DNA of 46,537 nucleotides from a virus (taxonomy: Duplodnaviria; Caudoviricetes): IMG/VR virus record IMGVR_UViG_3300037782_000038, positions 1 through 46,537 of that record, one strand, 5' to 3'. Of the stretch, positions 19,601 to 28,200 are shown in pieces (the stretch's first letter is position 1; every line of letters starts with the position of its first letter). The translations under genes were made by a program, and so were the position numbers. The notes beneath the pieces were generated by a model. That model ran no database searches. It was not told the origin of the DNA and saw only the letters and a list, made by a program, of their open reading frames with translations.

Positions 19601-21069
19601 TAGAGGACTCTATATCTGGAAAACTGTTCAGGCCGGGTGGGCGTGTAAGGTCGTCTTCCGATACTGACTACAAGCAAGTGAGAAGAGATGTAGATATAAC
19701 ATGGAGCGGCATTTATAACGACGAGACCAACGTAAACAAATTCAACGAATTCAACTCTGCGTTATTAAATTACAAGCACTGCGAAGACGAGTTCGGCTCT
19801 ATACAAGTAATTGACGGAAGGTCTACAGACGTCCTTGTCCTCCAAGAGAATAGGATAAGCTACGTGCTTCAAGGTAAAAACCTATTATCTGACGCAGCAG
19901 GAGGGGGCGCAATCACATCTGTGCCGGAAGTGCTAGGGACTCAGGTTGCTCGTAACGAAGAGTACGGGATAAGCATAAACCCTGAGAGCTATGCCAAGCA
20001 TGGATCGATGAAGTTCTTCACCGATACAAAAAGAGGGTCGGTGATATCTTTGATTGGAGGGAGTTACAGCTCCGAACAAATGAGCGTTATCTCAGACGCA
20101 TACATGTCACCATGGTTTAGAGACGCCTTTCAAGACTCTATCGGTAAACAGAAGATAGGAGGATATGACCCTTACTTTAAGGAGTACATCTTATCAATGA
20201 ATGACAGAGATTTACCGGGACCTCAAGTGTACAGGGCGTGCGGTTTTACCGAATCAATTGACCTTGTTCCAAATGAAGCCAACGATATTTTTGTTGATTT
20301 TGGAGATGTCGTTGGCGAGGTGACGATAGATTACACAATCAGCGGGAACCTGTCTGGAGCTAATGTTGTAATTATCGCTACATATGCCGGAGGGAGTTTC
20401 TTGGAGGGGCCAATCAACACAACAGGGTCTGGAAGTTTCACGTTCCCGAAATCATTCTCTTCGGTAGAGAACGCAGTCATTACAGCTGTTGCAGACGGCG
20501 GAGAGGATGTATCGATTGACCTGACTGTTAATTGCGTAGAGCGACAAGAAGTAACTGTTGTGGAGATTGTTTTGTCTACGCTCGAATCTACCGGACAATT
20601 TATTCATACCAATTATAGATATAAAGAATCAACGTATGTATCTCCAACACAGTCAAGGCAAATTCAAATGCAATCAGGGGTTGTCGGATCTGTACTTTCG
20701 TCATACATCAGTTTCGTTGGATACCAAGGCTCTGGAAGCGTTCCAACAAACGGTAGTGATGTCAGAATATCCGTCAAAAAAGAATTCTCAGATGACTTTG
20801 AGTTCAATCCCGACATTCACAAGCTAAAGCTTCTAAGAAGCTCAACGCTTTACGGGAACAACATAAACGACGCAATAACAGCAGAAGGGTTAGCAACAGA
20901 GGCAACTCCTATCAACACGACAGGAGCTCCTGACGAATACTATGCAGAGACGTCAATGCCCGCTTCTGGAGACTACCTGTACATTATATGGGATTTAAGA
21001 AGCTCTGTTCAAATTGACGCCGGATATGACGCTTCAGATGCAAACGCAGCTTGCGCATTAACTTGTTAA
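16699..21069 (+). CDS. Tail stabilisation (muzzle / P22 gp10-like) protein, main part
   Basis: GVMNKAFDDRLVPNGQYRDALNV start, LFFTDNYNPPRVIN, GNRLMYGNY, YGISINPESYA, IGGYDPYFKEY. ATG at 16699 is coupled to the upstream TAA. Confidence 0.8.
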   Translation: MPKIVRTFSSGVMNKAFDDRLVPNGQYRDALNVRITSTEDDDAGVVENLLGNEQMSVLTYNDTPLSSDAVCIGSVADIKENKVYWFVHDPSYPGSVTGKIDLIVSYSDQSDVVDYHVVSINDGSGANTTLNFNPSYLINGVNVVDEFLFFTDNYNPPRVINTQKKYSLPGIISDGITAEELMVIKKPSIEAPVVAPKTLPIESTFCKERFLSFSIRYLYADNQYSAPSPFSDIPFIPEDFGINPSTGLNTGMLNTFNAADVSFNTGSELVKGIDILFKDSANNILRVAEKINKDKLGLSDNSTYTYTFTGDKIYTVLPESELLRLYDNVPLKSLAQTIMGNRLMYGNYVEGYDMVDGSGNPVKIDYAVEALSVGTGRVSVTPSYSDYSYTINGYGNSSTDSILLLDLAGKTLKAGAGAQISMRITHHSFGGPLPYPVTGGASFDLTFSFILDKDYDNAYELATSEAFQNALGTSANIEPLGTACNAFTLTDIFNCESPSVNGSFTKTASGFSAAGQGIGDNVAATIGSEVIGIPIPANVLTDGAQSIIEYYTIDSADIVFYNTLSSKSLHSNRNYEAGIVYMDDFGRSSTVLLSENSSVYIPCDKSDSRNYLRVTIPDTQVAPEWASYYKFVLRQDKSDYDTIFSYIYYQDPNDASSYYFLLEGENAQKVSEGDYLTIKTDSTGALDACEKVIVEEKSVKQDGFISGAAAGVYMKVTPNRAVFTGTLPTIIDGPKATDSTNYFSDTDALAGFKITNGDNIPIPAGSFIDIDIEFKRNGRSFACGTVEYTLKKTVRANQSHDNIFDWAINEGVSVSDGNSFVDGDETPNTNVFYPNGGVPYAHATPASWPAFTQGENKYFFTQDGADLYLYVRSGTPRCVNIFNSYEGISRASVKLTVRSTNTPAVFETIPEEALPDIFFENDQVFDIAGDNHFGNVQDQNVNTGDPAILDLTFFNAYCFGNGVESYKIEDSISGKLFRPGGRVRSSSDTDYKQVRRDVDITWSGIYNDETNVNKFNEFNSALLNYKHCEDEFGSIQVIDGRSTDVLVLQENRISYVLQGKNLLSDAAGGGAITSVPEVLGTQVARNEEYGISINPESYAKHGSMKFFTDTKRGSVISLIGGSYSSEQMSVISDAYMSPWFRDAFQDSIGKQKIGGYDPYFKEYILSMNDRDLPGPQVYRACGFTESIDLVPNEANDIFVDFGDVVGEVTIDYTISGNLSGANVVIIATYAGGSFLEGPINTTGSGSFTFPKSFSSVENAVITAVADGGEDVSIDLTVNCVERQEVTVVEIVLSTLESTGQFIHTNYRYKESTYVSPTQSRQIQMQSGVVGSVLSSYISFVGYQGSGSVPTNGSDVRISVKKEFSDDFEFNPDIHKLKLLRSSTLYGNNINDAITAEGLATEATPINTTGAPDEYYAETSMPASGDYLYIIWDLRSSVQIDAGYDASDANAACALTC

Positions 21070-21072
21070 GAT

Positions 21073-21606
21073 ATGGCTTACTTTATAGACGCACCAACAT
21101 TCGCACAGGCAAAATCTGTGTTCATTGACCAAGACTTAACCACATTTGCCGTTGATGGCTGGTATGCTTTCGATGGAATTGCTAGGTTTCAGACAAACGG
21201 AAGGTTAGGACCGGCTCAGAACTGCCCACTATGTCCTGCAACAGAGACGCTTACTTGGTATACCTTGAATGATGCTACCGGGCAATATGCATCTCAGGTT
21301 GAATCTATTCAGCTTCTTGTATTCCAAAACGGACAGAATACACTGAATACGTCCTCTATACCTTCGAACGGAGCGATAGGGCTGTATAATGGGTCCATAA
21401 CTTACACGTTTCACGTCGAATGGAAAGACAATGTAGGAGGGCTTCCGAAAGTTGGACTGAGACTATCTATAGGCACAGACGGGGTTTCAAATGACGTAGC
21501 CGTTCAGGAGTTCCCCCTTGCTGACTATGGGCAGACTTACACCTTGACACACACTGAGATTATCGCAGGGTCTCAGTCTAGATACTTTAAAATAGAGACT
21601 TACTGA
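21073..21606 (+). CDS. Hypothetical tail-associated beta-rich protein
   Basis: 177-aa ORF within the tail operon, CxxC linker followed by a beta-sandwich-like domain. Confidence 0.65.
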   Translation: MAYFIDAPTFAQAKSVFIDQDLTTFAVDGWYAFDGIARFQTNGRLGPAQNCPLCPATETLTWYTLNDATGQYASQVESIQLLVFQNGQNTLNTSSIPSNGAIGLYNGSITYTFHVEWKDNVGGLPKVGLRLSIGTDGVSNDVAVQEFPLADYGQTYTLTHTEIIAGSQSRYFKIETY

Positions 21607-22391
21607 TGATTGATACGATAGGATATAGCCCGAAAGCACAGGGATGGACCACTAGGTACTCATTCACGCCAGAACACATGGTTTGGCTGAACAATAATTT
21701 CTATACCTTCAAGGGTGGAAATATATTCAGACACCACACATCTCCTACTATCAATTCATTCTACGGAGAAGTGTTCCCGTCAAAAATACAGTTTGTAGCA
21801 AACGACGCTCCTATTCAGTCTAAACTTCTGAAAGCTGTAACTATAAACGGAACAGCTCCTTGGGATGTTGAGGCAGCCTCCGATATTAGATCTACAGGGT
21901 TTATTGAAAGCACATGGTTTGAAAAAGAGGAAGGAGAGTTCTCTACGTATCTTCGAACAAGAGGCAATGATGGGATATCAGAGAATGAGCCAGAACTTCG
22001 ATCGATAAGAGGGATCGGAAAATCTTTACTGATAAGCACTGGCCCTACAGCGGCAGAAATAAACTTTTCAACATCTGTAACTATAGGTAGCGGAATAAGC
22101 ATTGGGGATAGGCTATACTTTTTGTTGCCCCCTTATGTAAATCCTGTCTTTTTTGGCATTATTACAGACGTAGATATAGACCTTTCTGTGTCTGTAAACC
22201 AAATAACAGTCGATACAACTGCCGGATCAGTTCCTCCAATACAAGATCCAATGATTGCCTATGCTAAGAACTCAGTGGTAGAGTCTTACGGACTTCTCGG
22301 TCATTATTACGACGTGACGCTTACCACAGATTCCACCGAAAGAGTAGAGTTATTTTCAGTTGGAGCTGAGGTGATGAAAAGCTTCGTATAA
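21606..22391 (+). CDS. Tail stabilisation protein, separately encoded C-terminal part
   Basis: TIGYSPKAQGWTTRYSFTPE..NFYTFKGGNIFRH, FEKEEGEF and GLLGHYYDVTL..ELFSV resemble the C-terminus of one-piece stabilisation proteins. Confidence 0.6.
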   Translation: MIDTIGYSPKAQGWTTRYSFTPEHMVWLNNNFYTFKGGNIFRHHTSPTINSFYGEVFPSKIQFVANDAPIQSKLLKAVTINGTAPWDVEAASDIRSTGFIESTWFEKEEGEFSTYLRTRGNDGISENEPELRSIRGIGKSLLISTGPTAAEINFSTSVTIGSGISIGDRLYFLLPPYVNPVFFGIITDVDIDLSVSVNQITVDTTAGSVPPIQDPMIAYAKNSVVESYGLLGHYYDVTLTTDSTERVELFSVGAEVMKSFV

Positions 22392-22396
22392 ATCAC

Positions 22397-22404
22397 TATC
22401 TTTG
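22397..22404 (+). promoter_or_regulatory. Bacteroidota -7 promoter box TATCTTTG; transcript probably leaderless
   Basis: Only 4 nt between the box and ATG 22409. Confidence 0.55.
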
Positions 22405-22408
22405 CCTT

Positions 22409-22822
22409 ATGGAGGAATTAAAGATAAGGCACATAACAGACAAAGACCACTCAGAGATTCTATCAAAATGGTGGAATGATTGGGGGTTTAACCCTGTTCC
22501 GCTTGACTTTCTTCCAAAGACAGGATGGGTAGCCCTTTACGGGGATCGGCCTATCCTTGCAGCATACATGTACACTACGGACTCTAAAGTGGCTTGGCTG
22601 TCTTGGTTTATATCAGATAAAAACTTTGGAGACAGAGGGGTAAGGAACGAGGCTATCAAAAAGATGTTGATGATAGCTGAGATTACTGCAGACGCAAGGG
22701 GAAGGAATTTTATGTATGTCAACTTTGGCGCTGAGAATACGTCAAACATACAGAACGTATGCGAGCAGACAGGATTTAAAAAGGGTACGATTACTCAAGA
22801 AATGATAAAATCATGGGATTAG
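22409..22822 (+). CDS. GNAT-fold acetyltransferase-like protein
   Basis: IRHIT..WW..W..PILAAYMY..VAWLSWFISD..EQTGF pattern; a GNAT before ejection proteins is a common podovirus arrangement. Confidence 0.6.
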   Translation: MEELKIRHITDKDHSEILSKWWNDWGFNPVPLDFLPKTGWVALYGDRPILAAYMYTTDSKVAWLSWFISDKNFGDRGVRNEAIKKMLMIAEITADARGRNFMYVNFGAENTSNIQNVCEQTGFKKGTITQEMIKSWD

Positions 22823-23466
22823 AAACAGCAGCGCTTGTCAGTATAGGAGCTAAAGCAGTGGGGGCTGGAATGTCTTTCGCTCAAGCCAGCAGGCAGAAAA
22901 AATTGCAGAGAAAAGCCGAAAGAGAGGCTAGTATAGCTCTTCAGGAAGCTAGAAACAGGCTTAGCACAAACTATATGGAGGATCTTGAAATTGCCAAAGA
23001 GCCGTTCGAGTTAGCAAGAGAAGCTTCAATGGCGGCATCAGCTCAGATGATTGAAGCTGCAAGAGAGTCAGAGAGAGGAGTTGCTGGAGCTGCAGGCAGA
23101 ATTCAGTACGCTACAGATAAAAACCAAAGACAGATAGCCTCTCAGATGGCACGAAGTATGGACGCTCTTAATAGAGCAAAAGCTACTGAGGCGTCTAGAT
23201 TGGCAAGCAAAAGAGCCGGGATCGACCTGCAGGAATCGATAGGAGCTCAGGTAGCAGCTGGAGATGCGGAGTACAGAAGAAACATGCTTATGCAGCGTGG
23301 TGTAGACGCTATATCGTCAATGGCAGGAGATGTGAATGAGCTAATCCCGCTGTACGGCAAAACAGAGGACTCAGGAGAGACTGATGGTCAAAAAGCTGAT
23401 GAGACTGGAGGGGTGAATATTTTTGACATAAAGTCGGACCCAATGGGTTATTTTAATATAGGGTAA
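22813..23466 (+). CDS. Internal virion / ejection protein 1
   Basis: Gly/Ala-rich hydrophobic N-terminus, Ala/Gln-rich helices; positional. Confidence 0.6.
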   Translation: MGLETAALVSIGAKAVGAGMSFAQASRQKKLQRKAEREASIALQEARNRLSTNYMEDLEIAKEPFELAREASMAASAQMIEAARESERGVAGAAGRIQYATDKNQRQIASQMARSMDALNRAKATEASRLASKRAGIDLQESIGAQVAAGDAEYRRNMLMQRGVDAISSMAGDVNELIPLYGKTEDSGETDGQKADETGGVNIFDIKSDPMGYFNIG

Positions 23467-23468
23467 GC

Positions 23469-25241
23469 ATGGGATTCTACGGATACGACAGAAGAAGAAG
23501 GAGAGATAACGTCGTTAATTGGTCTAAGGTTAGTCAAGACATTGGAAATACAATCGTTCAGGGCGCTAAAGACAGAGAGGCGAAAAGGCAGGAACTTGAT
23601 GAGAATTCGAGAGTTGCTGAAAAGTTCGTAAAAGACGTTCCTCAAGGTCAGAATGAGACCTTGAACACCGCCATGATTGACCTCTCTGGGCAGATGGCTA
23701 ACAGGCTTCTTGAAAACAAAAAACTCCTCAAGTCGGGAAAAATATCACCAACGGAGTACAACAAAAACATTCAGACAGTAAGAGATGAGATAGAGCTCTT
23801 GTACAAAGGAGTGAACGGTTGGAATGAAACATATGCTCAATCTGCTGATCGCTTGCAAAAAGGTGTATCTGCCGGGACAGAGCGATTCATTATGTCAGAG
23901 GCTGAAGGGTATGCAGACTTCAGCAACACAAAAATGATCCTTGGCCCAGATAACAAAATTGTCGCTGTCAAGGTGGATGATGAGGGAAAGCCTATAGAGG
24001 GGTCCTCAATCCCTGTTCAAACACTATTTGGTAGAGTCGCTCAAAAGGTAGACAAGATCGATGTAGACGGAGAGCTAGATGCTGCGTCAAAGTCTTTAGG
24101 GAGTGACATCAGAGGCTTCGCTAATGATGAAAGGTACGGGACGATCTCTGACATCATGAATACCAAAAGGTATAAAGAGGCTGAGGACACTTATATCGAG
24201 TCACTGCTTACGAGTCCGCTGCAGGCCGGTAATATTCTTCACGATTGGGTAGGAACCACTAAGGACGGGAGAGATTATGAGTTTACGACAAACGAGGATG
24301 AGGCAAAAGAAGATGACTCAAAGATACTCCTTGTAAGAGACAGAAGCGGAAATCTCGTTCCTGAATTATCAACAGAGCAAGAGGAATGGATGCGTGACCA
24401 GATTCGAAAAGGACTCCGATCGAGACTTGATTACGAGAGTGATGTTAAGCTAAATCAGAGAAGCGGGTCTACTAAAATTACAGCTGCAGAGAGAAAAAAC
24501 ATGAGCAGAGCTGAATCTTTATACACTCTTTATTCTGGAGATCCTAACAAAATACAGGAAGGATTTAGCCTCTTAAGAGGTCAAAAAGACAAGAACGGAT
24601 ACGAAGTGACTGATATAAAAAGGAGTAGCAATTCGCTAATTCTTACGGTAGAAGATAGTAAAGGGAATTCAAGCGTCGAGAATATATCTATCGGAAATGA
24701 TCCGCAGTCATTTGTAACCGGCCTAATGAATAGATTTTTTGGAGATGCCTCTGGGGTTCAGTATTTAGACTTCGGGGGTGCTGCCCCGGGGACAGGCGTT
24801 AGTGAAATGGACATTACAAAAATAGCGTCTGAAAAACAAGACGACAGCAGGTTCTCTACCTCTTCAGGAGTATCGATAATCGCACGGGGAATATTAATGA
24901 AGGATGGCGAGCATATTATAGGGCGTATAACAGAAGACAGCGACGTTAGGAACATTAAAAATAGAATTGAGAAGGCAATAGTAGAATACGCTCCTCAAGA
25001 GATGGCCGAAAATATGTCTATAAATGTAGACCCTAGCAATGATGACGGCCTCATTATAGCTTATGGCAACTCATCATGGTCTATAGATTTAGATAATAAC
25101 GCCGAAACGGTAGATAAGCTTGATGCGATTCTTCAGGACATAAGAAACATGCATTACGGCTCATTAGGTTCAGGTAGCGAAAACGTTCAGTCAAAGACAA
25201 ATGCTCCAAGAGCAAGTGAAAACGGAGGAAGTTCTAGATAA
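23469..25241 (+). CDS. Internal virion / ejection protein 2
   Basis: 590-aa ORF between the small and giant internal proteins; positional. Confidence 0.55.
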   Translation: MGFYGYDRRRRRDNVVNWSKVSQDIGNTIVQGAKDREAKRQELDENSRVAEKFVKDVPQGQNETLNTAMIDLSGQMANRLLENKKLLKSGKISPTEYNKNIQTVRDEIELLYKGVNGWNETYAQSADRLQKGVSAGTERFIMSEAEGYADFSNTKMILGPDNKIVAVKVDDEGKPIEGSSIPVQTLFGRVAQKVDKIDVDGELDAASKSLGSDIRGFANDERYGTISDIMNTKRYKEAEDTYIESLLTSPLQAGNILHDWVGTTKDGRDYEFTTNEDEAKEDDSKILLVRDRSGNLVPELSTEQEEWMRDQIRKGLRSRLDYESDVKLNQRSGSTKITAAERKNMSRAESLYTLYSGDPNKIQEGFSLLRGQKDKNGYEVTDIKRSSNSLILTVEDSKGNSSVENISIGNDPQSFVTGLMNRFFGDASGVQYLDFGGAAPGTGVSEMDITKIASEKQDDSRFSTSSGVSIIARGILMKDGEHIIGRITEDSDVRNIKNRIEKAIVEYAPQEMAENMSINVDPSNDDGLIIAYGNSSWSIDLDNNAETVDKLDAILQDIRNMHYGSLGSGSENVQSKTNAPRASENGGSSR

Positions 25242-25244
25242 CAT

Positions 25245-28200
25245 ATGGAAGATTTAGATCAAATACTTAAGGATTACGTAGCTACCTATCAGAACCCAAA
25301 GTATGGAGGAGACTGGGACATTGTAAATAACAAGTTTCCTGAGCTTTCTGAATATGATCCTCAAGTCCTTAAGGATTATGTAACTACCTATCAGAACCCA
25401 AAATATGGTGGAGATTGGGGTGTTGTAAACAGTAAGTTCCCTGAGCTTTTCCCAGACGGATATACAGCGCCTGAGAAAAAAGAGACTCCAGCCCGTGAGA
25501 GTGAATCTCTAAAAGATCTACAGACATTGAATCTGGATCTTCGTTCTGCGGTAGACGACGCTATAGTCTATTCTGAACAGGCTAAGATGACCGAAGTTCA
25601 AAAGTCAGAGTCAAATAAAGACGATGCGTTGAAAAGCATAGCGTCAGGAGAATACGTAGACGAGCTTGAGAAGTATAAAAATCCCGACTATGCGTATGAA
25701 AACAAAAAAGAGAAATACGAGAGTCCAGAGAAAATAAAACAAAAAGCCTTCAACGAGAAGCTTAAAGAAAACATCATCTCTCAAGCTGAGAAAAAAGCTG
25801 GAAGACCGCTTACCCAAGACGAGCTAAGGTCTTTAGAGGACGACCTGTACAAGAAATTTGACATGGGTCTTGATTTGTCTGGAGACGGAAAGTACAACAA
25901 CATGAACTATGTTGGCAGTTTAGCCAAGAAGTTTGGAGCTGCTGCAGCTGACGTAGCATTGACAATCGAGTCATACGCAAGTCCAAACCCGGCTAGAAGA
26001 GCGATAGCTCCTATAGAGCGAAAAGCAGCACAAGAGTGGTCCAGAAAGAACACAATACAGCGAGAATATGATGTACTTGAAGCTCTTGAGAACGGCAATG
26101 TGCTTGGAGCCCTTGGAGCTGCCGGAGAAACTACTGCAGAGTCTCTTCCTATAATGGCTGTAGGAGCGGTTGCTGGTGCAGCTTCAGGAGGTACTGCAGT
26201 ACCTCTTGTAACGGTTGGACTTATCACTTCAGGACAGACCCACTTGGATGTCAAAGACGAAGAGTGGTACAAAGAGATGAATCCGTATCAACAGATCGGA
26301 TACTCTCTTGGAATGGGAGCATTTGAGGCTGTGGGGGAGGTTACCGGAGCAAAAATATTAAGTAGAACCATTGCTGACGTTGTAAAGAAAAGTGCGAAAG
26401 ATCAGGTCGAAAAAAGGATCGGAGATATTGTAAAGGGATACCTAAAGTCACAAGGCCAAAATTTCAAAGAAGAGGCTGTTGCCGAAGCTGTTACTGCAGC
26501 TGGACAGGGCGTTATTGAGCGTGTAACCAAGGGAGAAGATTTTGATGATTTACTCAGGGAGATAATTAATGCGTCAATCACCGGAGGTTTAGCGGGTACG
26601 TCAATAGGATCTTTAAAAACTCCTAGAGTGGCTCTAGATATAGCGATGAGCTTTACTAGGAAATCGCCATCAGTCAAAGAGAAAAGAGCTGAGATATCTC
26701 AGCTTACTGCGGATTACAATAAAGCCGTCCAAGACGGAGCTTCAGAGGTCGTGCTCAACGAGTTCGAGACTAAAATTAAAGAAGCCACTACCGATCTTAC
26801 ATCATCGCTCAAAAAGAACGTAGCGATGTTCGAAAATATGGATGAGGCTACCGCAGAAGAGCTCCTAGGTTTACAGCAAAACATAGAGAGCCTAGGGCAG
26901 GCGATCAAAGAAACTGACAACGAGGCTGTAATTGAGTCTCTGAATGAAAAAAGAAAGCAATACGCCGAGCGTATGCAGACCATTTTAGACGATGCAACAG
27001 GTCGATCTGCATACATCCGAGATGGAAGAAGATTTACAAAAGAGGAATTCACGTCAATGATTGAGGAAGCTACTCCTGAGCAATTAGCTAAAGGGGAATG
27101 GAGCGTAAAGAACGATCCAGATGTTTCTGATATGCTGGCATCAAAACTACAAGAAAATGAAAAAACCGATGAAACCCCAGAAGAAAATGTCGAACCAGTA
27201 CAAGAAGAAGCCGACCAACAAGATGTGCAACAGGAAGAAGAAGTAACCGTTGAGGATACTGAAGAACCTGTTCTCACGAGAGAGCAACAAGTAGAGGCTG
27301 ACTTGCTAGAGGAGGAGCTCAAGGCTCAGGAGGAAGCTACGACAAAAGAAGAGGAAGTTACTCAGGAAGAGGCTACGACGAAAGAAGAGGCAGTTCAGGA
27401 AGAAGTTATTCAAGAGGAAGAAACAACTGCTAAAATAAGTGAAGGGTCTCAAGCTGACGAGCAGGTAAAAAGAGTCAAAGAGTTACCTGAAGAAGCGGAA
27501 GACGGATCCACCTTGAACACAGACGGAACAGTGTATGAGGACGGAGGGTTAGTTACTCCTCTTGCGTCTGTGAACGTATCTCAAAAGGATTTTTCAATTG
27601 ACAAGATCAATGAGTTTTTAGATAGGTTTAAGGATTTACTTGGTAACCAAGCTGTAAAAGTAGGGATATATAAATTTCCTAACAGCGATCAGGTATCGAT
27701 CGACTTGAATCTGATCGTTCCTGAAGCCAATCAGGATGTTGCAGTAGAGTTTGCCAAAAACTCTGGACAGAAATCTTTATTCAATCTATCAGACTTCTCT
27801 TACATAGAGACCGGGGCCGACGGGCAAAACACAACCGAGTACACCGTTGATGAAATGGCTGAGATTGTAGAGGCTCTTACAAATGGAGAACTACCTAACA
27901 TAAATAGAGATATTTCTACTCCTGAGTCTAAAGAAAAGTCCACTCCTAAAAAAAGAAAGTCGACACTTAAAGAGCCGGTGCTTGTGTTCCGGGATCAGAA
28001 AGCTTTGAATAAGTTCAAGGCTATACCTAGCCTGTCTAGAGCTATTGCAAACGCAGCTCTTGGAAAGTTAAAGGTCGGAGAGAATAAGATTGAATTGAAG
28101 CGTGGGTATAAGATAACTGATCTGCTTAAGGCTATTGCGGCTGATAAAACAGGAGGGATTACCGTTGAGAACGCAGGCAGCTTAGAAACTGAAGCTAAGG

